Source of the DNA: Chrysomallon squamiferum
Lineage: Eukaryota > Animalia > Mollusca
DNA: 64,000 nt
Direction of reading: 5' to 3'
Assembly (NCBI GenBank): GCA_012295275.1
Contig: CM022667.1
Span: forward strand, 18,724,001 to 18,788,000
Part shown: positions 13,901 to 25,909 of the stretch, in pieces
Position numbering within the stretch: position 1 is the stretch's first letter
Layout: each line of letters starts with the position of its first letter
Position numbers and translations under genes: made by a program
Notes under the pieces: model-generated
Told to the model about the DNA's origin: nothing
The model's input: only the letters and a program-made list of their open reading frames with translations
The model's database searches: none

Positions 13901-16900
13901 GGGCCATATCTCCCACACGACTGGTCTGATTGGCCTAAAATTTCAGATTTGATGCTGTGGGATCCCAATCAACAAGTATACCAAGTTTCATGAAGTAATT
14001 TTTTTGAGACTGTAACTTGTTCTTTTTTGGTTGTTTTTGATATTGTCATATCGTGTGAGCTATTCAACAAAATAGATTTCTATTTTTAAACTTTTTATTT
14101 TTATTTTTTATTTTTTTTTATTCTTTTTTTGTATAGAAAAAGAAACTGTAAATAAATTTTATAGATTACTGTTGTCTATCCACATTTTATTCAGATAAAA
14201 GATAAGAATGATATGGTAGTGATTACCTAGTGATCTTCTTCTCTCTTTCTCTCTTTCATACCTGAAATAATATAAAATTCTCTTTAATAATCAATACATT
14301 TTATTGGCTAATTTACTTAATCTTTGTTACAGGCTGACCACAAACTGATTAAATGCTTTGCTGACCAGATATTCCGTTCTGGTTTTGTTCATGCTGATCC
14401 ACATCCAGGTAATATATTTGTACGGACTGGACCTGATGGTAAAACACAGCTGGTTCTGCTTGACCATGGCCTGTATGAGAGACTGTCACAAAAAGACCGC
14501 AAGGCTCTCTGTCACATGTACAAAGCTATCATCATGAAGAAAGCAGATGACATGGAGAAGTATTCAAATATTCTCGGAGTTAGTGGTAAGAAAGGATCAG
14601 TTTTTATTGCTTTATTTAATATTGTTTCCTCCAAGGATGACAATACTTGATTATTAGTAAAGACTGGTGTTTCTAGCACAAATAAAACAATAACTTTGAA
14701 TTATGTCATCTGTGGTAGTCATTTTGTAAATTAAAAAGTTACTGGCATAATTTTTTTTTAAGAATGATCATGGCACTGTAGTTCTAAAATAAATTTGCGA
14801 GTTACTGCAGAGAAATATTGACAATTTGTGATATTTCATACTAATGTTGTTCATGATTAGACCTTATTTAAATTATTATTTGTTTATAAATAACAAATAT
14901 TTTGTATGATACATGTTAAATGGATAAAGTTACTCATTGTCTAACCATTATAATACAGTTATCTTGTAACTATGCAGAACTGAGATTTTATCTTTTTGCA
15001 TCAAAACTTTGAATTATGACTGACTTTTTTTCTTAACAAAAATATTTCTTGTATTAAAAAGAATTGTATGTGTTAGTAATGTAACAGGACAGTGTAATAA
15101 CAAACATTTTAATGATTAATTTTTCTGTAAGTAATTTTCATGATTACTGAACATATTCTTCAATAATTTACGTGGTTAATGTTTTTTAAGTTTATAATTT
15201 CTTATCAGAAAGGTTATACTTTCAGTTGAACAGAAGAGCAGGTTATAATATTGTTTCTAAATATCTAAATTTCTCATAAAATATTAAATGATATATGTTT
15301 CGCGTTTTTAAAAAATATTGAAAATGAAACAGTGATAATAATTTCAAGTCAGAGTAATTTCCTTTGGACGTAGAAATTTTATTTTTATTTAAAATAAAAT
15401 TAAATTAAATTAAATTTAAAAAAATATAAGTCAGTCAAACATTAAATACAAATACACACTTTAACAAAAATGTTTTCATTAAAACAATGTTACTGCTTTA
15501 CATTTGTATAGAACATGTTAATCTGAAATACATATTTTATAATTCTGATTAAAAAAAAATTATATTAAGCTTTACTGGTTAATTAATATTGGTAATTTTT
15601 GTTGTTGATATTATTTTCAACAGATTTTCAAGTTTTTGCAACAATTTTAATGCAGCGTCCAGTTACAGTGAGGAACAAGCCTCTCGTAAGCAATGTTCCT
15701 CGTTCGCGTCATGAGTGGCGTAACTTGTCAAAGGAACAAAAGGCTGAAATAAGGAAGAAGTTTACTGATCTTCATGATCGCATTTTGCAGGTCATGAGAG
15801 CTATGCCCAGTGAAATGTTTTGGATTCTTAGGTAGGATTTTGTGTTGAAAGTCTTGTATACCAACACTTGTTTCGTGTCGATTTTACAGCCATTATTAAA
15901 TTCAGGCTTTTGAACATCATGTACATTCTGTTATTCTGAAGATATCGAAAAATAGAATTACAAAATTTCACTGATTTGTTTTAAGTTGTTTTAATTTGAG
16001 AATGCAACCATTAAATGGACTATTTCCATTGATTAATTGCCTATAATTTGCTTCAGTCTTTTACAGCCAGTTTTGAGACTAAGAAAAGAAAACATAGACA
16101 TTTTATTTTTATTTTTCACAATTTATACTATTAACAGTGTACATAATAAAATAAGTTTGTGGTGAAAACAAGTATATGCAATTAAAAGTTTGACATTCAA
16201 AGGTTTTGAACAAAGCATAACAGTGTCTTTTCAAACCTAAAATATGAAAATAATTTTCTTTCATAATTGTCTGAGTTGCCGTAATTTATTGAGAATGCTG
16301 ATAAGTACATTAAAACATTTTTAATAAATATTTTTTTAACACATTGACCCACATTCATGATGTTTTGAACAAAACCAAGTCAAACATGAATTAGCATTAA
16401 TAATTAGTGAATTGGTAAGGGCACAAACATTATTTATGAGTTTTAACTTGCTTCTCATTAGTAAGCATGTTTGGACATACAGTCCAGGAATCTGCAGAAA
16501 AGAGATTATCCATATATGTGACTTGTATCCTCAGTGTCTGCCAGTTTACCAACCGTATTGTAACTGCTGAATCAGAGTGCACTTGCAGAGATGAAATGTA
16601 TCTGAACAGGCAGCCAACACATTTCATTCATAACATGTAGCTTGATTCCATAGTTTAATTAATTTCTAAAATGAATACTAAAATGAATCTGGCTTCCATT
16701 TTCTTAAATCTATGCAAGTTGATATTAAATTAACTTTCTGTTCAACAATTTTTAACAATTTTTTTTGCATACCACTTATTTCTTGATATATTTTAGATAC
16801 TCTTATTTCATTTCATAAATTAGATTAAAAACATCATATTGTATTATTTTTCCAATCAGCTTTTTAAAATAATTTATTATCAAAAACATCCATTAAAGCG

Positions 16901-19900
16901 TGTCACAGTATTCATTATCAAAAACATCATTTAAAATATCTCATAATAATTCATTATCTAATAATCATTTAAAATATCACAAAATAATTTATTATCTAAA
17001 ACATCATTTAAAATATAACACAATAATTAATTATCTAAAACATCATTTAAAATATGCTGCAGTAATAAATTATCTAAAACTCCATTTAAATTATCTCACA
17101 ATAATTCATTACCCAAAACATAAATTCAAAATATATCACAATAATTCATTTTCCAAAACATCAATTTAAAAAATCTCACATTAATTCATTATCTAAACTG
17201 CCCAATGCCAGGTTTAAAATTATCTAAAACTACTGTTTCTTTAGACAATTATCTACAAAGAAAAAAGTAATAATACCCCACCAATTTCAAAAACTTATTT
17301 TTCTATATATTTTGAATCTTTACCTCTTTGTCTATTGTTTGTGTTTTAAATTTCCTGATTCTTTTATTTTCTGATTTCTATGTTCAATTTTTAAAAATTG
17401 TTGAGTGAATTGTAATTTTAATATATGGCATAGTTATGTAATTTATGCCCATAAGCACATTGTTTATGTTTTACACTTTGTCATTCTTTTCATTCAGGAA
17501 CATTGTCATGAAAGTGTATTATACAAATGTTAAGAGAGGCTTGTTCTTCAGTCATAATTGGCTTTATAGAAAGTATTTTAATCTGTTTTCATATTTTCAG
17601 TTTACTTTTCCATTTATTTTTATTATTATTATTATTATTTTTGTTGTTTATTTATTTAACAGTTTTTTGAATAATACATTCTTTCATTTTGGATATTTGT
17701 TGATTTTTTGTTGTTTACCATATACAAAATCCATAACTTTCAAAAGCAAACATATATTTAGTTCTTCCCTTGCATAGTTACATTAATAATAATAATAATA
17801 ATATATATATATATGTGTGTGTTATTAATGTTTCATTTCTGCCTTATCCATATGGACCATATTGACAAGATTTGTTTGAACAGATCTTTCCACCAATAAA
17901 CAGCATAAAACAATAAGTATCTTAAGCTTGTACCAGGCAACACCAGTCTATAAATTTTTAAAGTTTTCAGATGAAAATATCAACAAAAGATTGTCACCTC
18001 TGGGGACTGCAACTTCTATTATCTTACTATTAATAGATAACTGTTAAACTTTTTTCTTCTACACAGACCCCTTAATCTTTGCTGAGATCTTAGTACAGAG
18101 ACCTGTGACCAGGAGCACTTTTTATCTGCCCAGTCATTTGACTGACAAAGACTTGGAATATATGCAGAGTATGGCTCGCAGACAGTTCGACAGAATTATG
18201 GCTGTTTTGCAGGCCATGCCACGAACTCTGTTGTTGGTGATCAGGTGAGGCTCTATTCTGTTTATGGGTCTCCTCCATTAGATGACAAGCTTCCAACATA
18301 TTTGTTCCCACACAATTAATATTTTGAAATCTGGGAAGATGGCTCTTGGATGTTTTGGTTCTGAGGGTATAAATGTAAACAAATTAATTTTTGAAATTTT
18401 TATTTCCACTGTGATTTAAAAATAATAATAATAATAATAATTTAAAAAAATTAAGAAAATAAATTTATTTATTAATAATTAGAATTGAATTAAAAGCACA
18501 ATGGTAGGAAAATATGCTTTGGGTATATCCAAAAAATTAGAAGCACTTTCCACATTTTAGATCTGATTATAAGTTGGTACTTAATGATAATTATTGTATA
18601 GTTTCCACTCATAAATTTATAAAACAAGAAAGTGTTTACAGGTTATTATTTTTTCATTTTTATAATAGTAAATGATATTAAGCCTGAATCCAAAATATTT
18701 ATAGCAGCATTATTTTCCATGAAATAACATCTGTTGCTTTTTGTTTTTTGTTTGTTAATCCAGGAAATTAATCTGCTGTTTTTGATCCAATAGCTTCTGC
18801 ATTGAGAAAGGAAACAATTAAACTAACTTTTGTTAAGATAGAAAATACACTGGCTTTCATACTGCACTATAAATTATAATGCCAAGTATACAGAAGTACA
18901 CACAGAGAGTAAATTGACCTTGTGACCAATAGCACTATTACTCAACTGATGCCCTGTTCAAATATCTGCAGTAAAAATGTTTAGTTGAATATCCTAAAAA
19001 GCTGCATGCTAAAGTTCATGTTATCATTGTCTACATTTTTCTTTTTTTCATTTTCATGTTTATTTTCTTTCTTTTGTACCTTCATTTTTAATTATTTATT
19101 TCGTTTATATCATTTTTCATTTTAATTAGTTAAAAACAGTTTAAAAATCTAGCTAAACAGAGTTAAAAATTGTTGTTAAACTTGGAATGCTGTTGGCTGC
19201 CTCAGCATTTTGTCAGAGGTTTGGCATTTGTAACCAAAACACACACACACTTTTTTTAACTGAATTACACACATTGTATGTTAACAGATATTAGGGCATA
19301 TAAGTATGGAAATTGTATTTCTGAATGACACACATGATATAAAAAATAAATAAAGTTATATCTGAGAAGGCTCAAAATTATTATTTATATAATTAAATCT
19401 CTTATGGTTGAAGTCAGACACTGAATGTTGTAATCTTTTACAGGTTGTTACAAGAGAAACATTTACTAAATAGATACTTGTATTTTTTTTATTAGGTTTG
19501 CATTTATTATTGTTATTGTTATTGTTATTTTAATCTATTCAGATTTTAATCAAAACTAAGGTACTTTTGTTTTATTTTTTAATAATGTATTTTTTGTAAG
19601 TATGAAAAGTGAGTCTGACAGGCAGACCTGTGTGAAAGGCAAATTGTTTGAAACTGGTTCAACATAAAAATACTTATTTTGCTTATTTTTCTGAGTAGTT
19701 ATTTTTAATTATTATTTTCATATTTCATACATCTCTTGGCTTTCATTAAAAGGTATTTAACTGATAAAAACATTCTTTATTTTAATGTTTACACTGACAG
19801 AAACTTGAACACAATTCGGTCTATAACACGAGAACATGGAAATCCTGTAGATCAGTACAGCATTATGGCAAGAGGGTATGTCTGTATTACAGACTTAATA

Positions 19901-21026
19901 ATTAAATTATGTTTCAATTATATACTTAATATTAAAAATTAAATTATGATTCCATTATAAACAAGCTTTTTATAACATTAAATAAAATTTTTATTATGAT
20001 TCCATTTATTCTGTAAGTTTTGTTGTACTTTTCCTGTATGTTTGTAGTGCAAACTAATACTAAATATCTATATTAAATATTCAAATAAAATTGTGTTATA
20101 TGTGAATCATTCAGTGAATTGATTTTACTGAATTCTTTAATTAATCTGAGAATAATTTGAAAACTAATTATTATTCTCATGTTATGAGTTTGAAATTTTT
20201 ACTTTAAATTTTTATTGCATTCAAATAAAAAGTGGAATTTCATAAGTACATTTTTGCTTATAATAAACTGAAAAGATTTTATATTTCTTCTGCATTTATG
20301 CTGTTGGATATAAATCAGTTTTTGTTTGGTGTATTAAAGTGTCAGTTTATGTTTTTGTGTGTGTGTTTTAGTGAGTGAAATTGAAACAGAAAGAACATCA
20401 TTTCTAAATAAAACTTGTATTTATTTTTTATTATTTCAGTGCCATTTCAGGCAGTGCACTCAACACAGAAAAAACATTTAGTGTAAGACACTTATTGTAC
20501 TCCTGGTGGGAGAGATGTGTCTTCGATTTTAGAATTTATTCAGAAAATTTCAAATTCACTCTGATGAACTGGGTGGCCTTCTCTTATCTGAAGATTCTTA
20601 AGTGGATGGGTAGAGCTCCATCTATTGAAGAGTTTAAGAGATTTGCCAAGACAGAAGAAAGAAGGTAATATTTAGTTTTTTATGTAAAATAAATCATATA
20701 ACCAATGTGTCTGACGACTATTTGCAAAATGACTAAGAAATCAGTGTCTAAGAGATTAGGAGTTAATGAATAGTTTTAATATTACATAAGAAATGAGAAA
20801 AAACTGCTGAACAACATATTTTTTAGTTCTTTGCAAATAACTAAAGTTCAAAGGAATTAAAAATCTGTTAAAAAAGAGAATATTTAGTTTCACTATTAAT
20901 ATATCAGTAAATACTGGTTTAAATTATTTATTTGAGAAAGTGTTTAAAATCGTTTCATATTTCCATGTTTTTACTCTTCTTATTTGCTTATTTTTATTTT
21001 ATTTTTTTAGATATGAAGCTCTGTAG
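7491..21026 (+). CDS. ADCK5: aarF domain-containing protein kinase 5 (UbiB/ABC1 atypical kinase), 11 coding exons per isoform, ~609-619 aa
   Basis: Exons join in frame with GT-AG ends: 7491-7837, 8070-8334, 8713-8853, 9213-9326, 9792-9923, 11045-11128, 14333-14585, [15624-15831 or 18067-18244], 19801-19875, 20440-20664, 21011-21026 (TAG). ABC1/UbiB motifs are present: [10 protein letters not shown] (KxGQ), [12 protein letters not shown] (A-rich loop), [45 protein letters not shown] and RNLNTIRSI match ADCK5-type sequence. Confidence 0.93.
11299..13995 (-). mobile_element. Decayed Sola-like DNA transposon with ~380-bp TIRs in ADCK5 intron 6
   Basis: Positions ~11356-11735 are an inverted copy of ~13660-13993. 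Minus-strand transposase remnants: [76 protein letters not shown]. Superfamily assigned from recalled motifs. Confidence 0.7.
15624..15831 (+). CDS. ADCK5: ADCK5 alternative exon 8A (divergent duplicate)
   Basis: Splice sites ttttcaacag|AT...AG|gtagg; 208 nt, phase 1 in and phase 2 out, open frame. Translation [15 protein letters not shown]...[20 protein letters not shown] is homologous to exon 8B. Confidence 0.82.
16864..17200. repeat. ~39-bp minisatellite, about 8-9 degenerate copies
   Basis: Unit like acatcatttaaaatataacacaataattaattatctaaa (17001-17039). It explains the repetitive ORF 16900-17169. Confidence 0.8.
18067..18244 (+). CDS. ADCK5: ADCK5 alternative exon 8B (canonical-like)
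   Basis: Splice sites ttctacacag|AC...AG|gtgagg; 178 nt, phase 1 in and phase 2 out. Translation [60 protein letters not shown] resembles vertebrate ADCK5. Not in the ORF track. Confidence 0.88.
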
Positions 21027-22589
21027 ATTGTTGAAGCAAGATAATGATTAAACTTTAAAACTGTTTTACACATAACTTTTTTCAAATTGCAAAATCATGC
21101 CAGGTTTTGGTGGGGACAGAGCTGTATATTGGAAACAGCAAATATATCACAAAACAATCCACACATAGATACAAACAGACAGACAGACATATATACTACA
21201 AGTCATATTGCTTGTCATTTCTCTCTTTTTGTTTTTCTAAATAAACAGTAGTTGTACATATATCGTACATAAAAGTGGTTTTTCATATATTCAGAGACAT
21301 TTTGCTTTTGCATATTAAACAAAGAGGATTAAAGCTCCTTTCTAGGTATCACATAATTCCATAATTTTGTGTGATTATGTCCAAAACCATCCTTAGTTAA
21401 AAAGAGTTAAGCAAACTTTTTGTATTATTTTTATATAAATAGATATTTACAGTATAATTAATATCATGAAAAACCTGAATAGTATTTTTAAAAAACTCAT
21501 CTGCTACAGATTTTGACATCTTTAAATATTTATCATGAAGATTGCTGGGATGAACTTAGACATGTTTGTAAAGATTTGAGTTATTCAGAATTTAAAAAAA
21601 TAAATTACTTACTCCACCTTATTATATTACAGTCAGTAACATTTTGTATTTAAATTTTTCAATTCATAGTATTAAATGGTATTACTGGTATGCAGAGTTA
21701 TTGTTTTATTATTTTCCATTGACACATGAACTTTGACTACCCACATCAAAAGAACAGTTGTGGCCTTTTTTTTATGTTTATAAGAATAATGAGAGATATT
21801 TTTAAATTATAAACACACAATTAATCAGTAAGTAATTTAGTTTTGCACTTTTGTTAATGTAATAGCATATTATTTTTTAAATTTATTTCAGTTAATTAAT
21901 ACAGTAATTAACATGTAAATGATAAATAATAATAATAATAAAGAAAAAGTTTGCATGGTTTCTTAAAATGTGATGTTCTAAGGCTGGTCTTTCATTAGGT
22001 GAATGAAAGCGTTTACCATGCTTGTTTGTTTTTGTTTGATAGAGGAGGTTAAAGGGTAGTAAATTGGCAGAAGTATAATAAATTAATAATAGGAATCGTT
22101 AATTATTTTTTAAAAAGTTAAAATTGGAGCTGTTGAAAGTTTTATTGTTTTCGAGGTTAAACTGACACCAGTGTTTACTAGCTAAACTGATTGTAGAAAC
22201 AGATTGTTATTGAAAATCCAGATTTTCGAGAGATGCTGCAATTTTGTATTAATAAAATTCATGTATTTATAATTTAGGTATGAAGAATAGAGATAATAAT
22301 GAAAAAAATTAAGCCACTTGTTTTCTCTTAGTTTTGTTTTATAACTATTTGTTTTTGTTATCTGGGTAAATGAGCCCAGCTGTTGAAATCCTTGTTATGA
22401 ATTTGTTAACACAGCTTTAACTAATCACTCTAATTGACTAAATACTACCGATGAAAAAACTTTTGATAACTTATGAACCCTGGGTTAATTTGTTATTAAT
22501 TTACAGTTAGTGCATTTATAAATAAAAAAAAAAAAAAATCAATATTTCGTATTGACAATTTACATCCTCTGTGAATAACAATATGGATA

Positions 22590-24351
22590 ATGTTAGCAGA
22601 AAAAATCAGGTAATATGTATATTAGTAGAAAAAATCAGGTAATATACATATTACCTGAAATATACTTAACTGATTTATACAGATTATCTGAAACGTGCAG
22701 AATGGTACTGACAAGTCTTTTAATCAATGTAATCGAGTTCTCCTTGACTGGTCACACTACCTTTAATGTACATGTTCATTGTTAAATCATTTCATAGACA
22801 AATGTTACAGTTAATCTGTATAATCCACCACTGCCGTTTTAACAAATCCTATCTATAGCGTACAATAACGTTGTTCCAGCCTGCGCAGATGGGATTAGTT
22901 GGAAAAACAATGTTTGATATAGGCTGCTGGTTTCCTTTAACTGCCTTCATTTGATTGGTAGATATAAATATCTTGGTGAATGGTCTTCTCTGTCACCTGC
23001 AAAAATGGATCTAGAGGAGACTTTCAGGCGTTATCCGCGAGTTATATACTACCTAACGACGAATACATTGAGACTGTTGGCGAGTTGCTGGAAGCCATCA
23101 TGCACCCAAGAAATCACCGTGTCAGTTTTACTTGCTTAAGAAATATAAACTGCTTTACATCATCAAGAGCATCCACATCGCTACTGGGCATGGAATACGA
23201 GACAAGATAATCAAGGAGGTCAACGAGAAGTACGCCGACATCACCAGGATGCTGTTGCCTTGTTTTCAAATCCATGTCCATGTTAACCCTTCAATACTAG
23301 AAAGTGACAAAGGTCCGAATTCACAACGCAAGTTAACATTGAATTTATGCAGGTGTAGCTTGACCTCGTCATCGTTCATTGGAAGCCGAGACACCGCCTG
23401 AGTCAGGGTTCAGTGGAAAGAGCCAACTGCGAAGTTTGCATGGATGAATGATAGTGACATACAGGACGGGACTGTTGGACTCAAGTTTGTGCAATTTCAA
23501 AAGAATTCGAACCATCAGACTGGAATCGAGCGTTTTACTCTGGGAAGATTGACATCATCCAGCCTTCCCCAAGATGTCATGGAAGGTTGAAAATGAAAAC
23601 GACTTTCTGTCTGCAATATCCCATCCATTATGGCAAACCCAGTCGAGCAATCCAGGGAGGAGGCAGAAATTGCACCAGTCTCACCCATCTCTGTACGTCA
23701 GGAGAAAATTAGGCTGCAGATAGGGCGAGAGAGAGTGCAAATCGGAAGCAATCTGATTGTGCCCATTCCTTCAGTTGACGAGGACGTGCAGAAGCTTAGG
23801 AGTTGTGACAGTGCAGTGACAACGATTTGTACGCAATCGATTTAAAAGGAGGAATATTGAATTGAAAGTACTCTAGAAACCAATTCTATGTGTGTGCTGC
23901 GACCTTGTATCAACCCGATGATGTCTGTACAGATTAAGATTTCCCTGCGCCAAGCTGTGCAAATGGAGTCAAAATGCAGGGGACAAGATATCACAAGATG
24001 AAACTGTGCTCGACTACATTGATCAATAGAATTGTTTTGAATTGAGAACTTTGACTACATTGATCAACAGAGTTGTATTTAATTGTTGTTTGTTCTGCAG
24101 TGCAGTATATGTTGTGTGATGCAAATGGTATGTGTTTTGAGCCAGTAGAGATTGCTAGCTTATTATTGTTTATGGTTATTCATTCAGTCAAATAACAACC
24201 TTGTCAGTACTATTCTGCACGTTTCAGGGAATCTGTATAAATTAGTGAAGAATATATCAGGTAATACGTATAATTAAAAAAAAAATTCAGCTACTGTGTG
24301 CGTATGTGTGTGTGTGTGTGTGTTAGCTGATTATACAGATTAACTGTAACA
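22590..24351 (+). mobile_element. Decayed Ginger/KRBA2-type integrase DNA transposon
   Basis: Frameshifted integrase remnants: HIATGHGIRDKIIKEVNEKYADITR, QGSVERAN, GLKFVQFQKNS. Inverted repeats at 22640-22714 vs 24200-24270, and TGTTACAGTTAATCTGTATAATC at 22803 vs its reverse complement ending at 24351. Confidence 0.75.
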
Positions 24352-25543
24352 CATACACACATTCAGAAAGATTATTTTTCTTAATCATTTGATTTTTAAT
24401 ACTTAAATAACTAAAAAATCTTTCATTAACATGTTCAGTGTTGAACATTATTATTTTTATCTTATTTTATTATTTATTTTGCTTGTTTATTTATTTATAT
24501 AATCAAGATACACAATACAGGAAACACTGTTACTTTTTAAGAGTTAGTAGATAATAGATAATAAATAATAAAATTGCTGTTGTGGAAATTCCGTTTCTAT
24601 GACGCATCAGAATTTTATTCTAACAGTTATGCCAACAGCATATTAGGAGTACTGTTTTGTAGTGTTTGAATAGTTACAATTTCAACGACATAATTATATA
24701 ATAGTTCGATTCATCAGAGGTAACCAAAGCATAAGTCACCTGGTGATAAAGAGCAGAAATTCGCGATAATCAGCTCTTCTTATAGGATCACTAATGACAT
24801 GATCAAAATTTGTATGATTGTAGAAAATGCATATGATCTTAGTCTTTGAATAAAAACCGTTTAATCTTTTTCTAATATTTCTCATAAATTAGTAAACTAA
24901 ACGTATGTAAGCTTAAATTATGAATGTATGCGTATACATTAAAATGAAAGATCAAGTTTGTAATATCTATTCGATTGATATAAACAACATTATTTAATTG
25001 TATGTAAAACAAAAGTGAAATTTACTTTTAAAATAATTTATTTCAGAAAATAAAAATCAACATTACAGGTTCTCTATTGCTATGTGCAATATATAACCCG
25101 TAATGTTGATTTTTACATTATAAATGGTCATGAAAACAACGTTTACATATTTACATCTCTTTTCAAAAATAATCATCAAAGAATCACAAACTAGGAAAAA
25201 GAGACAGTACATCCTACTTGAACTAACATCTGTCAGTGTATTTTATATTTTGCATGAGAAAAACCGTTAGTCCTTTTTCAGAGGACTTTTAGAGAGAGAA
25301 TAATATGCTCGTTCATTATTTTACAGACCACACATGATTTCACGGACACTACTTATTTGTTATTATTCTTTTATTCTTCGTTTTCATAGCTCGCTGTACA
25401 GTTCTAACCATAAGAATTCCGCATCAATCTACGAGTTTGGTTGCACTTTGATATTCTACTGTAAAACCAAAAGAATTCAGGCCAGAAACATATCGCATAT
25501 ACGTTTAAAATAACACACGATATATATATATATATATATCTTG

Positions 25544-25822
25544 TTATTTTTTTAGGGGCTGTAGTTTTTTGGGGCACGTTTCCGTAACTGCCCCACTTAT
25601 CTGACGTATCCACTTGTTGGCAACTAGAAAAATAAAACAAGAAAAATGTAAATAACAAATGTTGATATACTTCCTATTATGATTATAAATATCAAAATAA
25701 AAAATGATTTCAAACACCAAATAACTATTTAAAAAAGAATAAAAAGAAGAGAAAAAAAGAAATAAAAACTAAATGTCATTCAAAATTTTTGATTATTAAA
25801 AGATTCTATTTATTTATTTATT

Positions 25823-25909
<87 letters not shown>

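Noticed and set aside
16430-16640. GC-richer patch with short ORFs on both strands between exons 8A and 8B (a third alternative exon?)
   Set aside because: No similarity to 8A/8B or any recognisable protein, and no suitable donor in frame.
16864-17200. Regularly spaced repeats resembling a CRISPR array
   Set aside because: Head-to-tail tandem units without unique spacers, in a eukaryotic intron, with no cas genes.
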